Of a stretch of DNA of 64,000 bases, positions 10,490 to 21,141 are shown one piece after another. The stretch's first letter is position 1. Each line of letters begins with the position of its first letter. The DNA comes from Octopus vulgaris (Eukaryota). A program made the translations under genes and the position numbers. Under the pieces are notes generated by a model. The model was not told the DNA's origin. It ran no database searches and was given only the letters and a program-made list of their open reading frames with translations. The stretch is taken from assembly GCA_951406725.2 (NCBI GenBank), contig OX597834.1, forward strand, positions 3,286,001-3,350,000, in the 5' to 3' direction.

Positions 10490-12005
10490 AAAATCATAAA
10501 GTAGGAGAGAGAGATGTGTTCATATGGATGATGGCTGACTTGCAGTTAATGATTCTGCAAAGGAGGAGGCTTGGAAGTGCCACTATGAAAGGCTGCTAAA
10601 TGTTGAGAATGCATAGAAGGAGAGTCTGCCTAATGTGGACCCAACAAAGGGGCCAGCTATCTGAAATGACAGTAACATACTAGATAAAGCAATTAAGAAT
10701 ATGAAGACAGGGAAAACCTCCAGCCCATCAAGAATCACTGTTGAGATGTTTAAAATATCCGGTGGAGTGGGATATGACCTGGTCATACATATAGTTTAAT
10801 CAGGTTGTCCATGAAGGAGCCATACCCAGTGGTCAGTGTAGCAGCATTATAGTCAACTGCTACAAAGGAAAGGGTGATGCCCTAGACGGAAATAATTACA
10901 ATGGCATCAAATAGCTGGACTAGGTGGTGAAGGTCATAGAAAGGGTCACAGATTAATTAAATGGGAAGAGAGCATAGATGAGATGCATTTTGCATTTATA
11001 TTAATTATAAGATGTACAGAAAACAGATTCCATCACATGTCAGGAGAAAAACCAGTAGCTGATAGCTTCTGTTAGCTAGGTAAACCAAGTCAGTAGTGGG
11101 GGTGGATGCTCTGAGAGCATAGCTGCTAGAATAAGAATAACCTGGGCAAAGTTCAGAGAACTTCTACCCCCTACTGGTAACAAAGGGCTTCTCACTTAGA
11201 GTGAAAGGTAGACTGTATGATGCCTATGTGCAAACAGCCATGCTACACAGCAGTGAAACATGGGCTGTGACTGCTGAGGACATACGTAGGCTTGAAAGAA
11301 ATGAAGCTGGTATGACCCACTGGATGTGTAATGCCAGGGTACACACACAACAGAGTGTAAGTGTCTTGAGAGAAAAGTTGGACATAAAAAGCATCAGATG
11401 TGGTGTTCAAGAAAGACAACTGCGCTGGTATGGTTATGTGTTGCGTGTGGATGAGGACAGCTGTGTGAAGAAGTGTCACACCTGAACAGTGAAGGGAACC
11501 TGTGGAAGAGGTAGAACCAGGAAGGCATGGGATGAGATGGTGAAGCACAACCTACAAATGTTGGGCCTCACAGAGGCAATGACAAGCAACCGAGACCTTT
11601 GGAGATATGCTGTGATTGAGAAGACCCAGCAAATAGTGAGATCATAGCTGTGGCCAATGCCATTGTCACATAACCAGCCCATTTAAAAGGACCCTTCAAT
11701 CGTTGGGCAATATGCTGTGCATGAGAAGACCTGTTGGGTCAAGTGAAATTGTAGCCATGGCTGATGCCAGTGCAAGTAGCACAGAGCACAGACGGTGCCA
11801 GTGCCACCCGACTGGCCCCCGTGCCGGTGGCATGTAAAAAGCACCCACTACACTCTCAGAGTATTTGGCATTAGGAAGGGCATCCAGCTGTAGAAACCTT
11901 GCCAGATCAGATTGGAGCCTGGTACAGCCTTCTGGCTTGTCAGTCCTCAGTCAAACCATCCAGCCCATGCTTGCAGGGAAAGTGGACGTTAAACGATGAT
12001 GATGA
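10490..12005 (+). mobile_element. Decayed, internally deleted RTE-clade LINE (RT C-terminal region and 3' UTR)
   Basis: ORF 11201-11485 has LYDAYVQTAMLHSSETW..RLERNE..QLRWYGYVLR. Upstream frames have multiple stops. Ends in (GAT)n. Confidence 0.85.
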
Positions 12006-12544
12006 GGTTACATTGATATTAAGATTCAGTTTAACCCTCAAATCGTGAAGGAATCATACAAGAAATAAAAGAAATGATAAAACTGTAGAAATCAAAACCA
12101 ACATCAGAACTGGTCCCTTGGTGGGATACATCCATAATAACATTTAAACCAGAATATATGAAACAGTCTATAGAAGATTCATATTTTATTTCTAACATAA
12201 TAACTGTACAGGGATGGTATGACTTATGAGAATAGATTTCTCGGTTATTTACCCACAATGTCAAATAAATTAATGGTATCTTTTCTCCCAGTAGATGGAA
12301 AAGATATGAATATTTAGAAAGAATACTTTTCTCACAAGCATCACAGTTCTAAGTTATCTGACCGATATAGATATAGTCACAGTTCTATACTGTGATATCT
12401 TCTTTCCTGTGTCAATACAATTGTTATCATATTTCGACCTTCAATGGATTCTGTTATGGTAAGCAGAGCAGAGCAACATGTACAACTTTGGTTTTAGTGA
12501 TTCAATCAATCATTTCATTTTTCTTGTTGGTTAATCTATAAATA

Positions 12545-12746
12545 TTGAGTTGGTGCATAATTATTGCGGCTTTTTTTCAACAAAAACATCTTTAAATGAT
12601 TATTCTGGAGCATATTCACCATCCACTTCAATTACTGCTTCCCTTTTGCTTGGCAGACGGTCAGACAGTCATTTAAAGATGTTTTGCTGAATATTGTTAT
12701 TGTTTTTTGTTGAAAAGAAAGCCGCAATAATTATGCACCAACCCAA
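12545..12746 (-). mobile_element. Internally deleted mariner element (MITE)
   Basis: TIRs TTGAGTTGGTGCATAATTATTGCGGC / GCCGCAATAATTATGCACCAACCCAA resemble mariner TIRs. Internal minus-strand peptide DRLPSKREAVIEVDGEYAPE* resembles a mariner C-terminus. TA at the left end only. Confidence 0.8.
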
Positions 12747-12879
12747 AATAAAAGAAATACCAAGTTGTGTCCTTTATCCCCTGGGTAGGAAGATAACGAA
12801 ACTGATATTTGTAAATATTGATCACTGTGTATTAGTAAAGCTTCAAAATTATCCTCTGAAAAATCTTCAATATTCATTA

Positions 12880-13277
12880 CTGGCACTCGAGCCCCGTGCT
12901 AGTAGGGTGCTAAGAGCACCATTCGAGCGTGATCGTTGCCAGAGCGGCCATCTGGCCTCCGTGCCAGTGGCATGTAAAAAATACCATTCGAGCGTGATCA
13001 TTACCAGCATCGCCTTACTGGCACCTGTGCCGGTGGCATGTGTAAAAGATTCAAGCGAGATCGTTGCCAGTGCCGCCTGACTGGCCCTGTGCCCGTGACA
13101 CGTAAAAGCACCCACTACACTCACGGAGTGGTTGGCATTAGGAAGGGCATCCAGCAGTAGAAACTCTGCCAAATCAAGATTGAAGCCTGGTGACAGCCAT
13201 CTGGTTCGCCAGCCCTCAGTCATTCGTCCAACCCATACTAGCATGGAAAGCGGACGTTAAACGATGATGATGATGAT
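12880..13277 (+). mobile_element. RTE LINE 3' UTR fragment, antisense to ZNF-2
   Basis: Tandem GTGGCATGTAAAA subrepeats, conserved tail and (GAT)n. Confidence 0.75.
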
Positions 13278-13384
13278 TCATAAAACTACTAATTATAAAA
13301 ACAAGAAAATTAATTTGATCCAGAATTTGGTGGTGCACATGCTACCCTGCATTTAACACAACCTGAATGTTGACATTGATCCAA

Positions 13385-14323
13385 TCACTGATCTGTATGA
13401 GTCCTTATATGTCTAGTTAGGCCACCTTTCTGAGTGAATGCTTTACCACAGATATCACAGTGATATGGTCTCTCTCCTGTATGGACACGTTTGTGAATAA
13501 TTAAGTAACTACTTCCAATGAAGGATTTACCACAGATGTCACAGTGATATGGTCTTTCATCAATATGAAGATGTTTGTGTTTGCCCAAATCACTGCTTCG
13601 AGAGAATGCTTTGTCACAAATATCACAATGAAATGGCCTCTCACCTGTGTGGATACGCTTGTGAATGGTTAACGTACTGCTGGCAGAGAATGCTTTACCA
13701 CAGATTTCACAGTGAAATGGTCTCTCACCTGTATGAATACGTTTATGAGTAGTTAAGTAACTTCCACCTGTGAAAGATTTCCCACAGATATCACAGTTAT
13801 GTGGTTTCTCCCCTGTATGACGACGCTTATGACTGGTTAAGCAATATTTTCTCGAGAATGATCTGCCACAGATGTCACAGAGATATGGCCTCTCGTCTGT
13901 GTGAATGCGTTTGTGTTCATACAAGGTGCTACTAAGAGAGAATGATTTACCACAGATGCCACAGTGATAGGGCCTCTCACCTGTATGAGTGCGTATGTGT
14001 TTGGTTAATTGACTTCCAATGAAGAAAGACATCCCACAGATGTCGCAACGATATGGCTTGTCATCTGTATGAAGGCGTTTGTGTCTCGTTAAATGACAAT
14101 TTACAGGGAACGACTTGCCACAGATATCACACTGATATGGCCTCTCCCCTGTATGAATACTTTTGTGAGCAGTTAAATTAAATTTTAGAGTGAATGTCTT
14201 TTTACAGATATCACACTGATATAAGGTTTTCCCTTTCTTTTTCTTTCTATCATCAGGAAAATCAATCTGTTTAAATAGTTTTTTACATTCAACTTTGTAC
14301 TCGGAGAGTTTGTCTTCCATCAT
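13385..14323 (-). CDS. C2H2 zinc-finger protein ZNF-2 (10 fingers)
   Basis: Ten intact fingers with TGE(K/R)P-type linkers. First ATG at 14323 (MMEDKLSE). Conserved acceptor AG at 14673-14672. Confidence 0.93.
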   Translation of the reverse strand: MMEDKLSEYKVECKKLFKQIDFPDDRKKKKGKTLYQCDICKKTFTLKFNLTAHKSIHTGERPYQCDICGKSFPVNCHLTRHKRLHTDDKPYRCDICGMSFFIGSQLTKHIRTHTGERPYHCGICGKSFSLSSTLYEHKRIHTDERPYLCDICGRSFSRKYCLTSHKRRHTGEKPHNCDICGKSFTGGSYLTTHKRIHTGERPFHCEICGKAFSASSTLTIHKRIHTGERPFHCDICDKAFSRSSDLGKHKHLHIDERPYHCDICGKSFIGSSYLIIHKRVHTGERPYHCDICGKAFTQKGGLTRHIRTHTDQ

Positions 14324-15369
14324 TTTACTTCTCCCACCCACCTCAATATACAGGTGATTTTACTTCTTTTTATTCCAAATAAATATTTCTTCTGCTATAT
14401 CTCCATCAACTGTGATCTTTGTTGATATTTGAAGATGTTGCAAAGTCCTTTGTTATCCAATTTTAATTACAATATAAATTCATTTTCCACTCGTTTCAGA
14501 CAGTGAAACGGAAATTTTGCTGTTCATCTCAGTTCACAGCAAATATTTCACAGTAATTCTACAACAGACTTATATAAACAGGATTAAGTCTGTTCTGCAT
14601 AATTCATTTTTGGTCTCCAAGTAACGAACTCAGTAAGTAATAATTCTTTTATGCCAATGCCATCTGATGTTCTGAAATAAAAGAGAATGAAATATTAAGA
14701 AAACAGAGGATACATAAAATTAAGACTACAACATTTCTTCTATATTGATAAACGGGAGATGGAAACGTTTACCTGAACAATGGAACTCGTCTAATATAAG
14801 CCATTCCTTTTTAAGACCAAAAGTTGACATACATACACACACACACGTACCCCTTTTTCTGAAGATACGATCAAGTAGGGCGAGGAGTTTTGTTTTTTTA
14901 ATGCAAATTAGATGCGTTTCAGAATGTAATGACAAAACATAGCAAAAAAAAAAACAACATATTATTGGCGGTTGTTTGTCAATAGACATGATGGGAGGAG
15001 GGGAGACAGACGTTTGATAAAAACAAAAAAGATAAGCAAAATCTCGATCAAAACAGAGCCAGCAACTCCGAAAGTCCGTCCAAAAACTACGGAGTGAGAC
15101 ATGAGGGAGATATGGGGTTAAAAGACGAGATGGTGAGGGTTGGATCGCTTTCAAAAACAAACTGGGTGGGCATGATTGGAACGTTTTAAAATGACATGAT
15201 GGTCGTGTTTGGAAAGCTTCGAAAGACAGAAGGGCGACACAACACCTTCACAAAAACGTGTTTCCGAACGTCCGCTAGCACACCTGTGCACAAGCTTCAC
15301 CAAACATAAATCAGACCGATTATTTTCGAAGACTACACTTTTGCGTAATTATTCTGCGTAATTCTTGGA

Positions 15370-15680
15370 TTATTCTTCGAAAACAGTGAAAGTATTAAGA
15401 CAACAATATGAAATGTCAGTGAAAGCAAGTTTTTTCACTCGCTATATTACATGTGATAAGAGCAACTTTAGTAAAATGTCTTCTCTTCTTCATTTTCTTT
15501 CCTTCATCTTTGAACAGATCGAAGACAAATCGATGAAGCAGGAAAAGGACAGATTTATAAATGTTGATGCTATTAATGATACTTACATATTGAGAAGCAT
15601 TGGCGAGGATGTCAGAGGCTGGACAACGAATGTTGTGGCTGTTTCTTTCCACAGTTAATTAGCAATCATCTCTAATTAAC
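15370..15680 (-). promoter_or_regulatory. Conserved ZNF 5' module (putative non-coding exon 1, donor and intron start) of ZNF-2
   Basis: Reverse complement of GAGATGATTGCTAATTAACTGTGGAAAG..ATAT|GTAAGTA..AAACTTGCTTT..GTCTTAATACTTTCACTG. Donor at 15586. Homologous blocks lie upstream of six other ZNF loci. Confidence 0.7.
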
Positions 15681-15785
15681 TGGATTACCTAAATACCAAT
15701 AATAAACTGCGTCTCGCCCAGAAACAACAACAAAACCGCGATCAATTCTCTCCAAGGTGTTGGTAAAAATTAGAGTCACTCATAC

Positions 15786-15810
15786 TACTTCCGGTTGTAG
15801 TCTTCCGGTT
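15786..15810. promoter_or_regulatory. Candidate bidirectional core promoter (two ETS sites flanking an ACTACA motif)
   Basis: ACTTCCGGTTGTAGTCTTCCGG in a locally CpG-rich patch between ZNF-2 (-) and the Tigger ORF (+). A ZNF143-like TACCCAGAATGCACTG lies at 16057-16072. Confidence 0.45.
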
Positions 15811-15852
15811 ATCGCAAGTATGGAAATCCATACGGATCCGCGCTAATTCATA

Positions 15853-18327
15853 CTTGCAACCTCGTTCATCACGGACTCGTTCAACGCTCGGCCTGGATAA
15901 CACGGCACGCTTAATTGTAAACCGTGTTATGTTTATCAAGGACTGATATGTAAAAACAAGAGGTCAGGGATCAGTGGAAGATTCTGCTTCCACCGCAAAA
16001 AAATAATAAAATAAACCCACCCTCCCCCTCCAGCAACCATCCCGCTGATGCTCAGCTACCCAGAATGCACTGATTATCACTTGTGTGTACATGACCGTGT
16101 TATGAGGCTGTGTATTTTTTAATACGGATTTATATACTCGAACCTATGAACATGGGACCAACGAAGAGAAACAATACGAAAGCAGCCGATCTGAACAAAC
16201 GACGAAGACGAGTTTATTCTTTACAGGAAAAAGTGGAGATGATCAAGAAAATATACGACGGGGCAAGCTTCGCTGGTGTGGGCCGCGAGTATGGTGTTAA
16301 TGAATCCACCATTCGGTCCATTTACAAAGTGCGTGGAGATATAATGAACGCATTCACGGATGCTGCCCCTAGATCAGTGAGTCGAATAGTCAGAGTCCAT
16401 AAAGATGCTTTTATTCAGTCCATGGAAAAGGCGGTTTATTTGTGGATGCAGGACTGCTACAGTAAGCGGCTTCCTGTGTCAACAAAACGTATCCAGAATC
16501 GTGCTAAGCAAATATATAAGAGCTTGGTTGAGCTTAGTGATGTTGTTGATAAGGACAAATATACTTTTCAAGGTAGCCGTGGGTGGGTACAGAAATTCAT
16601 TAAACGATATAATTTAGCCAGCAAACTTGTTTCAGGTGATGCAACATCAGATGATACAGAGACTACTCGGCGTTATATTGAAGAAATTGATAAAATGGTG
16701 AATGAGGGTGGATATTTACCGTGTCAAGTTTTTAATGCAGTTGAAACAGCCCTTTATTGGAAAAAGATGCCCGAAAAAAGTTACGTAGCGAAAGAGGAGG
16801 CCATAACGACGGGTTTTAAAGACGCCAAAGACCGTGTGTCTCTGTTGTTCTGTTGTAACGGCTCTGGTGATTTTAAAGCTAAACCACTGCTTATACATCG
16901 TTCTGCCCGGCCTCGTCCTTTCCAGAACATTAGCATGTTAACTCTCCCTGTGCACTGGCGTGCTAATAAAAATGGGTGGATGACTAGAGGGGTTTTTGAA
17001 GAGTGGTTCATGACCCACTTTCGCGCTGAAGTGAAAGAATACTGTGCCACAAAGAATATTCCTTTTAAAGCAATTCTTGTGTTAGACAATTGGCCTGGCT
17101 ATTCTACAAACTTAAATGACCTTCAGAATGAAATCAAAGTGATTTATCTACCGCCTAACACTCAGTCATTGCTGCAACCTATGAACCAAGACGTGATGGC
17201 CACATTTAAGCTTCTCTATCTTGACCTTACCTTTGAGGATATACACAAGGCACTGGTGGACGATGACGAACTGACTGTACGGCAATACTGGAAACGATTC
17301 AACATTCTACACGCTGTTCGCTTCATTGGCAAGGCTTGGCAAGCTGTAACTCAAGGATGTCTTTTGAATGGATGGCGCAACCTATTGCCTGACACAACTC
17401 CAGACTTCGTTGGGTTTGAAGAGGATAACATGACTCGAGTTCTGAACATGGCAAAAGCATTACCTGGGGATGGTTTTCAAGACCTCAATGAAAATGACAT
17501 CTGGGATATGATGGAAGCTCCTGAGCGAGAACTAAACGACACAGAGGTGTTGGAATTAGTCGACAAAAGACAAAATGACAGAGGCACAGAGGACGATGAT
17601 GACGGCGACTGTGTCGAGTCTAGTCCAACATTAACCATGTCAAACCTTAAAAAAATAATGTCCTACTATGAGCAGTTGACTCAACTCATACAGGAAGCCG
17701 ATCCAAGTTTTGAGAGAAAAGAATCTGTAACTGCCATTCTAGATGGTGGCATTGCACCCTACAAAGAAATTTATAGGGAACGACAGGCATTAAATAAGCA
17801 GTCGATGATAACTCCTCTCTTTGGCAGTTTTTCTGGTTCTCCAACACCGCAAAAAGAAGAACCAGTATCCAGCCGTTATAGAGCTTTCACTATTAGGTCT
17901 TCTACACCTCGTATCCAAGACTTTGACTCTAAACCAGACTTCTCAGGCATTCTCTCTCTACCGCAATCAGCTCCAACAAACAACGATGACAACACGGAAG
18001 ATGCAGATGACGATTCCAACCTCGTCTAACTCCAGCACACCTTCCTACATTACACTAACTCAGTGGAATCCGTAAGTGTTATATTTTTCACGGTTACATT
18101 TTTTTCTTTTGTACTGATCGTATGTAATTAAATTTTATTATTTTATTCCAACCATGAAACAAAATTATTGCGTATGTTTAAAGACCGTTTGGAGTTCACA
18201 GTTTGGAGTCTCGGAACGAAAAACTATTTTCCCGACGTATTCTATTATTCATTCGTCACGCTTCATTCAACACGTTTCTATTCATCTTTTTTTTTCTTCG
18301 CCCAACCGTGATCAACAAAGATCAATG
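15853..18327 (+). mobile_element. Tigger/pogo DNA transposon footprint with decayed TIRs
   Basis: TA|CTTGCAACCTCGTTCATCACGG (15853-15874) versus CCGTGATCAACAAAGATCAATG|TA (18306-18327): 15/22 complementary, TA flanks on both sides, 2475 bp long. Confidence 0.7.
16146..18029 (+). CDS. Tigger/pogo-derived CENP-B/TIGD-like protein (HTH-psq, CENP-B HTH, DDE_1), probably catalytically dead
   Basis: Uninterrupted ORF. YSLQEKVEMI..VGREYGVNESTIRSI (HTH), MEKAVYLW..GSRGWVQKFIKRY (CENP-B HTH), VFNAVETALYWK / LVLDNWPGY / LLQPMNQD (DD32D spacing with D1>V and D3>N), acidic C-terminal tracts. Confidence 0.88.
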   Translation: MNMGPTKRNNTKAADLNKRRRRVYSLQEKVEMIKKIYDGASFAGVGREYGVNESTIRSIYKVRGDIMNAFTDAAPRSVSRIVRVHKDAFIQSMEKAVYLWMQDCYSKRLPVSTKRIQNRAKQIYKSLVELSDVVDKDKYTFQGSRGWVQKFIKRYNLASKLVSGDATSDDTETTRRYIEEIDKMVNEGGYLPCQVFNAVETALYWKKMPEKSYVAKEEAITTGFKDAKDRVSLLFCCNGSGDFKAKPLLIHRSARPRPFQNISMLTLPVHWRANKNGWMTRGVFEEWFMTHFRAEVKEYCATKNIPFKAILVLDNWPGYSTNLNDLQNEIKVIYLPPNTQSLLQPMNQDVMATFKLLYLDLTFEDIHKALVDDDELTVRQYWKRFNILHAVRFIGKAWQAVTQGCLLNGWRNLLPDTTPDFVGFEEDNMTRVLNMAKALPGDGFQDLNENDIWDMMEAPERELNDTEVLELVDKRQNDRGTEDDDDGDCVESSPTLTMSNLKKIMSYYEQLTQLIQEADPSFERKESVTAILDGGIAPYKEIYRERQALNKQSMITPLFGSFSGSPTPQKEEPVSSRYRAFTIRSSTPRIQDFDSKPDFSGILSLPQSAPTNNDDNTEDADDDSNLV

Positions 18328-18655
18328 TAGTTACATTACAGTCTTCCACCCAAGAAAAGAATGATGAAAATAATTGTAGAAACATAATCACCAATGTCAA
18401 GGAAAAGCATGTTTTGAGGCAGCCAAAATAAAAGATTGCCCGGTTTGGCGATGAGGAATAAGAAGGAGGAAGAGTGACTAAATCTACGTCCTTTAGAAGA
18501 TAAAAGATATGAAAGAGACCAGGAGATATTTAAAGACTTACACTGAATCTAGAGAGACTTAGTTATTCTGTGAGTTTATGATTATATACAATTCTGTTGA
18601 TTCCTTCGTATTGTTTTATAAACACCTTTATTACAGGGTCGGAAGGTGATTGAAT

Positions 18656-19545
18656 TAGAGATGATTGTTGCTAATTAACTGTGGAAAGAAATAGCTACAA
18701 CATTCTTGATTATGTTAATGTGAAAGTACAAGTTAGTAGTCCTGTAAATTTTTAAGCAATTGGCTCTTTTTCCTCACTAAAACTTTTTCAAAGCCTCTGA
18801 TTCCGCCTAATATCAGGGCTGAGTAATTTAATTCCGGGTACTATTTTGACACAAGGAACTATATTACTATTGCACGCACTATAAGTAACTGTTTAATGAT
18901 GACACCGCTTTCTCTTTAGGTTTCCCTCCAAACTCTGGTTGTTATTGTTGTTGTCGTGATCGTGGGGTAACGTGCGGTTTACTATAATATTTCTCGTTTT
19001 AAATCATTTTAAATACTTTAATAAGCAACAAACCTTAAAAAAAGAAAAAAAATCTGTACAGATATTTTGGGGGAAATATTGATATAAATGAAGGTTTGTT
19101 GTAAAATATAGAAGTTGTGTTGAAGCTGTCGATGTCCAGTCTTTGTTGTGACGACTTGAATCTGTCGTGACATCTTCGTCATTGGATCTCTATTAAATAT
19201 GTAAGTATTATTAATAGGAACAACATCTACATTGTATAGATCGCGTCTTCTTTCTACTTCATCTGTTTGTTTTAATGTTTGTTCAAAGAAATTGAAGAAG
19301 AGAAATTTTCCTCAAGTAACGATGCTGTCTTAAATCCCCATACGGTTCAGCTGTCACATATGTAATAGAAGTGAACTGAGAAACTTGCTTTAGCTGAAAT
19401 TACCTATTGTTGTCTGAATATTTTGTTTTCCTTCCTACTCACCATTTCAATTATCATTTTTTTCTTCTAAGATCTTAATGTTAACTCAAAGACAAAGTAT
19501 TTATTCAGGTGAATACACTGTTTAGTCACCAGTTACCTTTATTTA
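18656..19545 (+). promoter_or_regulatory. Conserved ZNF 5' module of ZNF-3 (split by an insertion at ~18725-19085)
   Basis: GCTAATTAACTGTGGAAAGAAATAGCTACAACATTC at ~18670, GTGACATCTTCGTCATTGG, donor GTAAGT at 19201. Acceptor TTTCAG at 19695. Confidence 0.7.
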
Positions 19546-20043
19546 TAACATCGGGCCTACTTTCTTCTGTACAAGCGCCTCGTTGACACGGTATTGTAGA
19601 TCCATGGCTTCGGTTAAAACGTTGACATTTTCTGTTTTTCGTTTATTTCTACGACAATATTTTTTTAATAATTTATACTGTTTCTCTTCTTTCAGAATAT
19701 CATACGACACGGCGACGAAAAGCGTCCCCACCCCCACCACTCAAGCATCTATATCATCTTTTAACGACAAATTGAAATTGTGATGAAGAACAGATATAAG
19801 CCTCTTTTTTATTACTGGAGTAATTAATTGCTAATCACAGAGATTATCTGTAAGATTTTCCTACCCTACCGTACAAGATGATTTATATATTTTGATTAAA
19901 CTTACACTACATAGGAGTTTGTGGTAGCTTCAAATCTCAACAAGGGTCACAGTTGAGTGAAATAATAGCAGAAGGAATATTTGTTAAGAATAAAACCAAA
20001 ACTAACAGAACCATTTGTACATTGTGGTGAGGATCAGAAAATT

Positions 20044-21141
20044 ATGGAAAGGAAATTATGTGAGAACAAGTCTGAAACCCAATTTAAACAGATTAGTTTC
20101 CCTGGTGACATAAATGAAGAGAGAGAAAAAACATTCTATCAATGTGATATCTGTAAGAAGACATTCTCTGTAAAATATAACCTAACTAGTCACAAACGTA
20201 TTCATACAGGTGAAAAACCGCACAAGTGTGACATCTGTGATAAATCCTTCTCTACTGGAAGACATTTAAGAGTACACACACGTGTTCATACAGGAGAGAA
20301 GCCATATCACTGTGATATCTGTGGTAAATCTTGCTCTCAAAGTAATGAATTAATTTCTCACAAACGTATTCACACAGGGGAGAAACCATATCACAGTGAT
20401 ATCTGTGGTAAATCATTCTCTCAAAGTGGGGAAATAATTTCTCACAAACGTGTTCATACTGGAGAGAAACCATATCATTGTAATATCTGTGGTAAATCAT
20501 TCTCTCAAAATGGTAACTTAATTACTCACAAACGTATTCATACAGGAGAAAGGCCATATCACTGTGATATCTGTGGTAAATCATTTACTAAACATAGTGC
20601 TGCAATCAAACACAGACGTATTCATACAGGGGAGAAACCATATCACTGTGATATCTGTGGTAAATCATTTTCTACAAGTTCAAGCTTACCTATTCACAAA
20701 CGGAGTCATACAGGAGAAAGGCCATATCACTGTAAAGTCTGTAGTAAATCATTCTATACAAATAGTGCCTTAGCTACACACAAGTATATTCATACAGGAG
20801 AGAAGCCACATCCCTGTGATATCTGTGGTAAATCATTCTCTTGGAAAAGTGCCTTAACTATTCACAAACGTGTTCATACAGGAGAGAAGCCATATCATTG
20901 TGATAACTGTGGTAGATCATTCTCTGTGAAAGGTGCCTTAACTATTCATAAACGTATTCATACTGGAGAGAAGCCATATCAGTGCACTATCTGTGGTAAA
21001 TCATTCTCTGATGGAAGACAATTAAGTGTACACACACGTGTTCATACGGGAGAGAAACCATATCAGTGTAATGTCTGTGGTAAATCATACTCTCAAAACT
21101 CCAAGTTAACCTCTCATACCATTACTCATGCTAAACAGTAA
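20044..21141 (+). CDS. C2H2 zinc-finger protein ZNF-3 (12 repeats, finger 4 has C>S)
   Basis: Tandem fingers with TGEKP linkers. ATG at 20044 (MERKLCE). Confidence 0.93.
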   Translation: MERKLCENKSETQFKQISFPGDINEEREKTFYQCDICKKTFSVKYNLTSHKRIHTGEKPHKCDICDKSFSTGRHLRVHTRVHTGEKPYHCDICGKSCSQSNELISHKRIHTGEKPYHSDICGKSFSQSGEIISHKRVHTGEKPYHCNICGKSFSQNGNLITHKRIHTGERPYHCDICGKSFTKHSAAIKHRRIHTGEKPYHCDICGKSFSTSSSLPIHKRSHTGERPYHCKVCSKSFYTNSALATHKYIHTGEKPHPCDICGKSFSWKSALTIHKRVHTGEKPYHCDNCGRSFSVKGALTIHKRIHTGEKPYQCTICGKSFSDGRQLSVHTRVHTGEKPYQCNVCGKSYSQNSKLTSHTITHAKQ

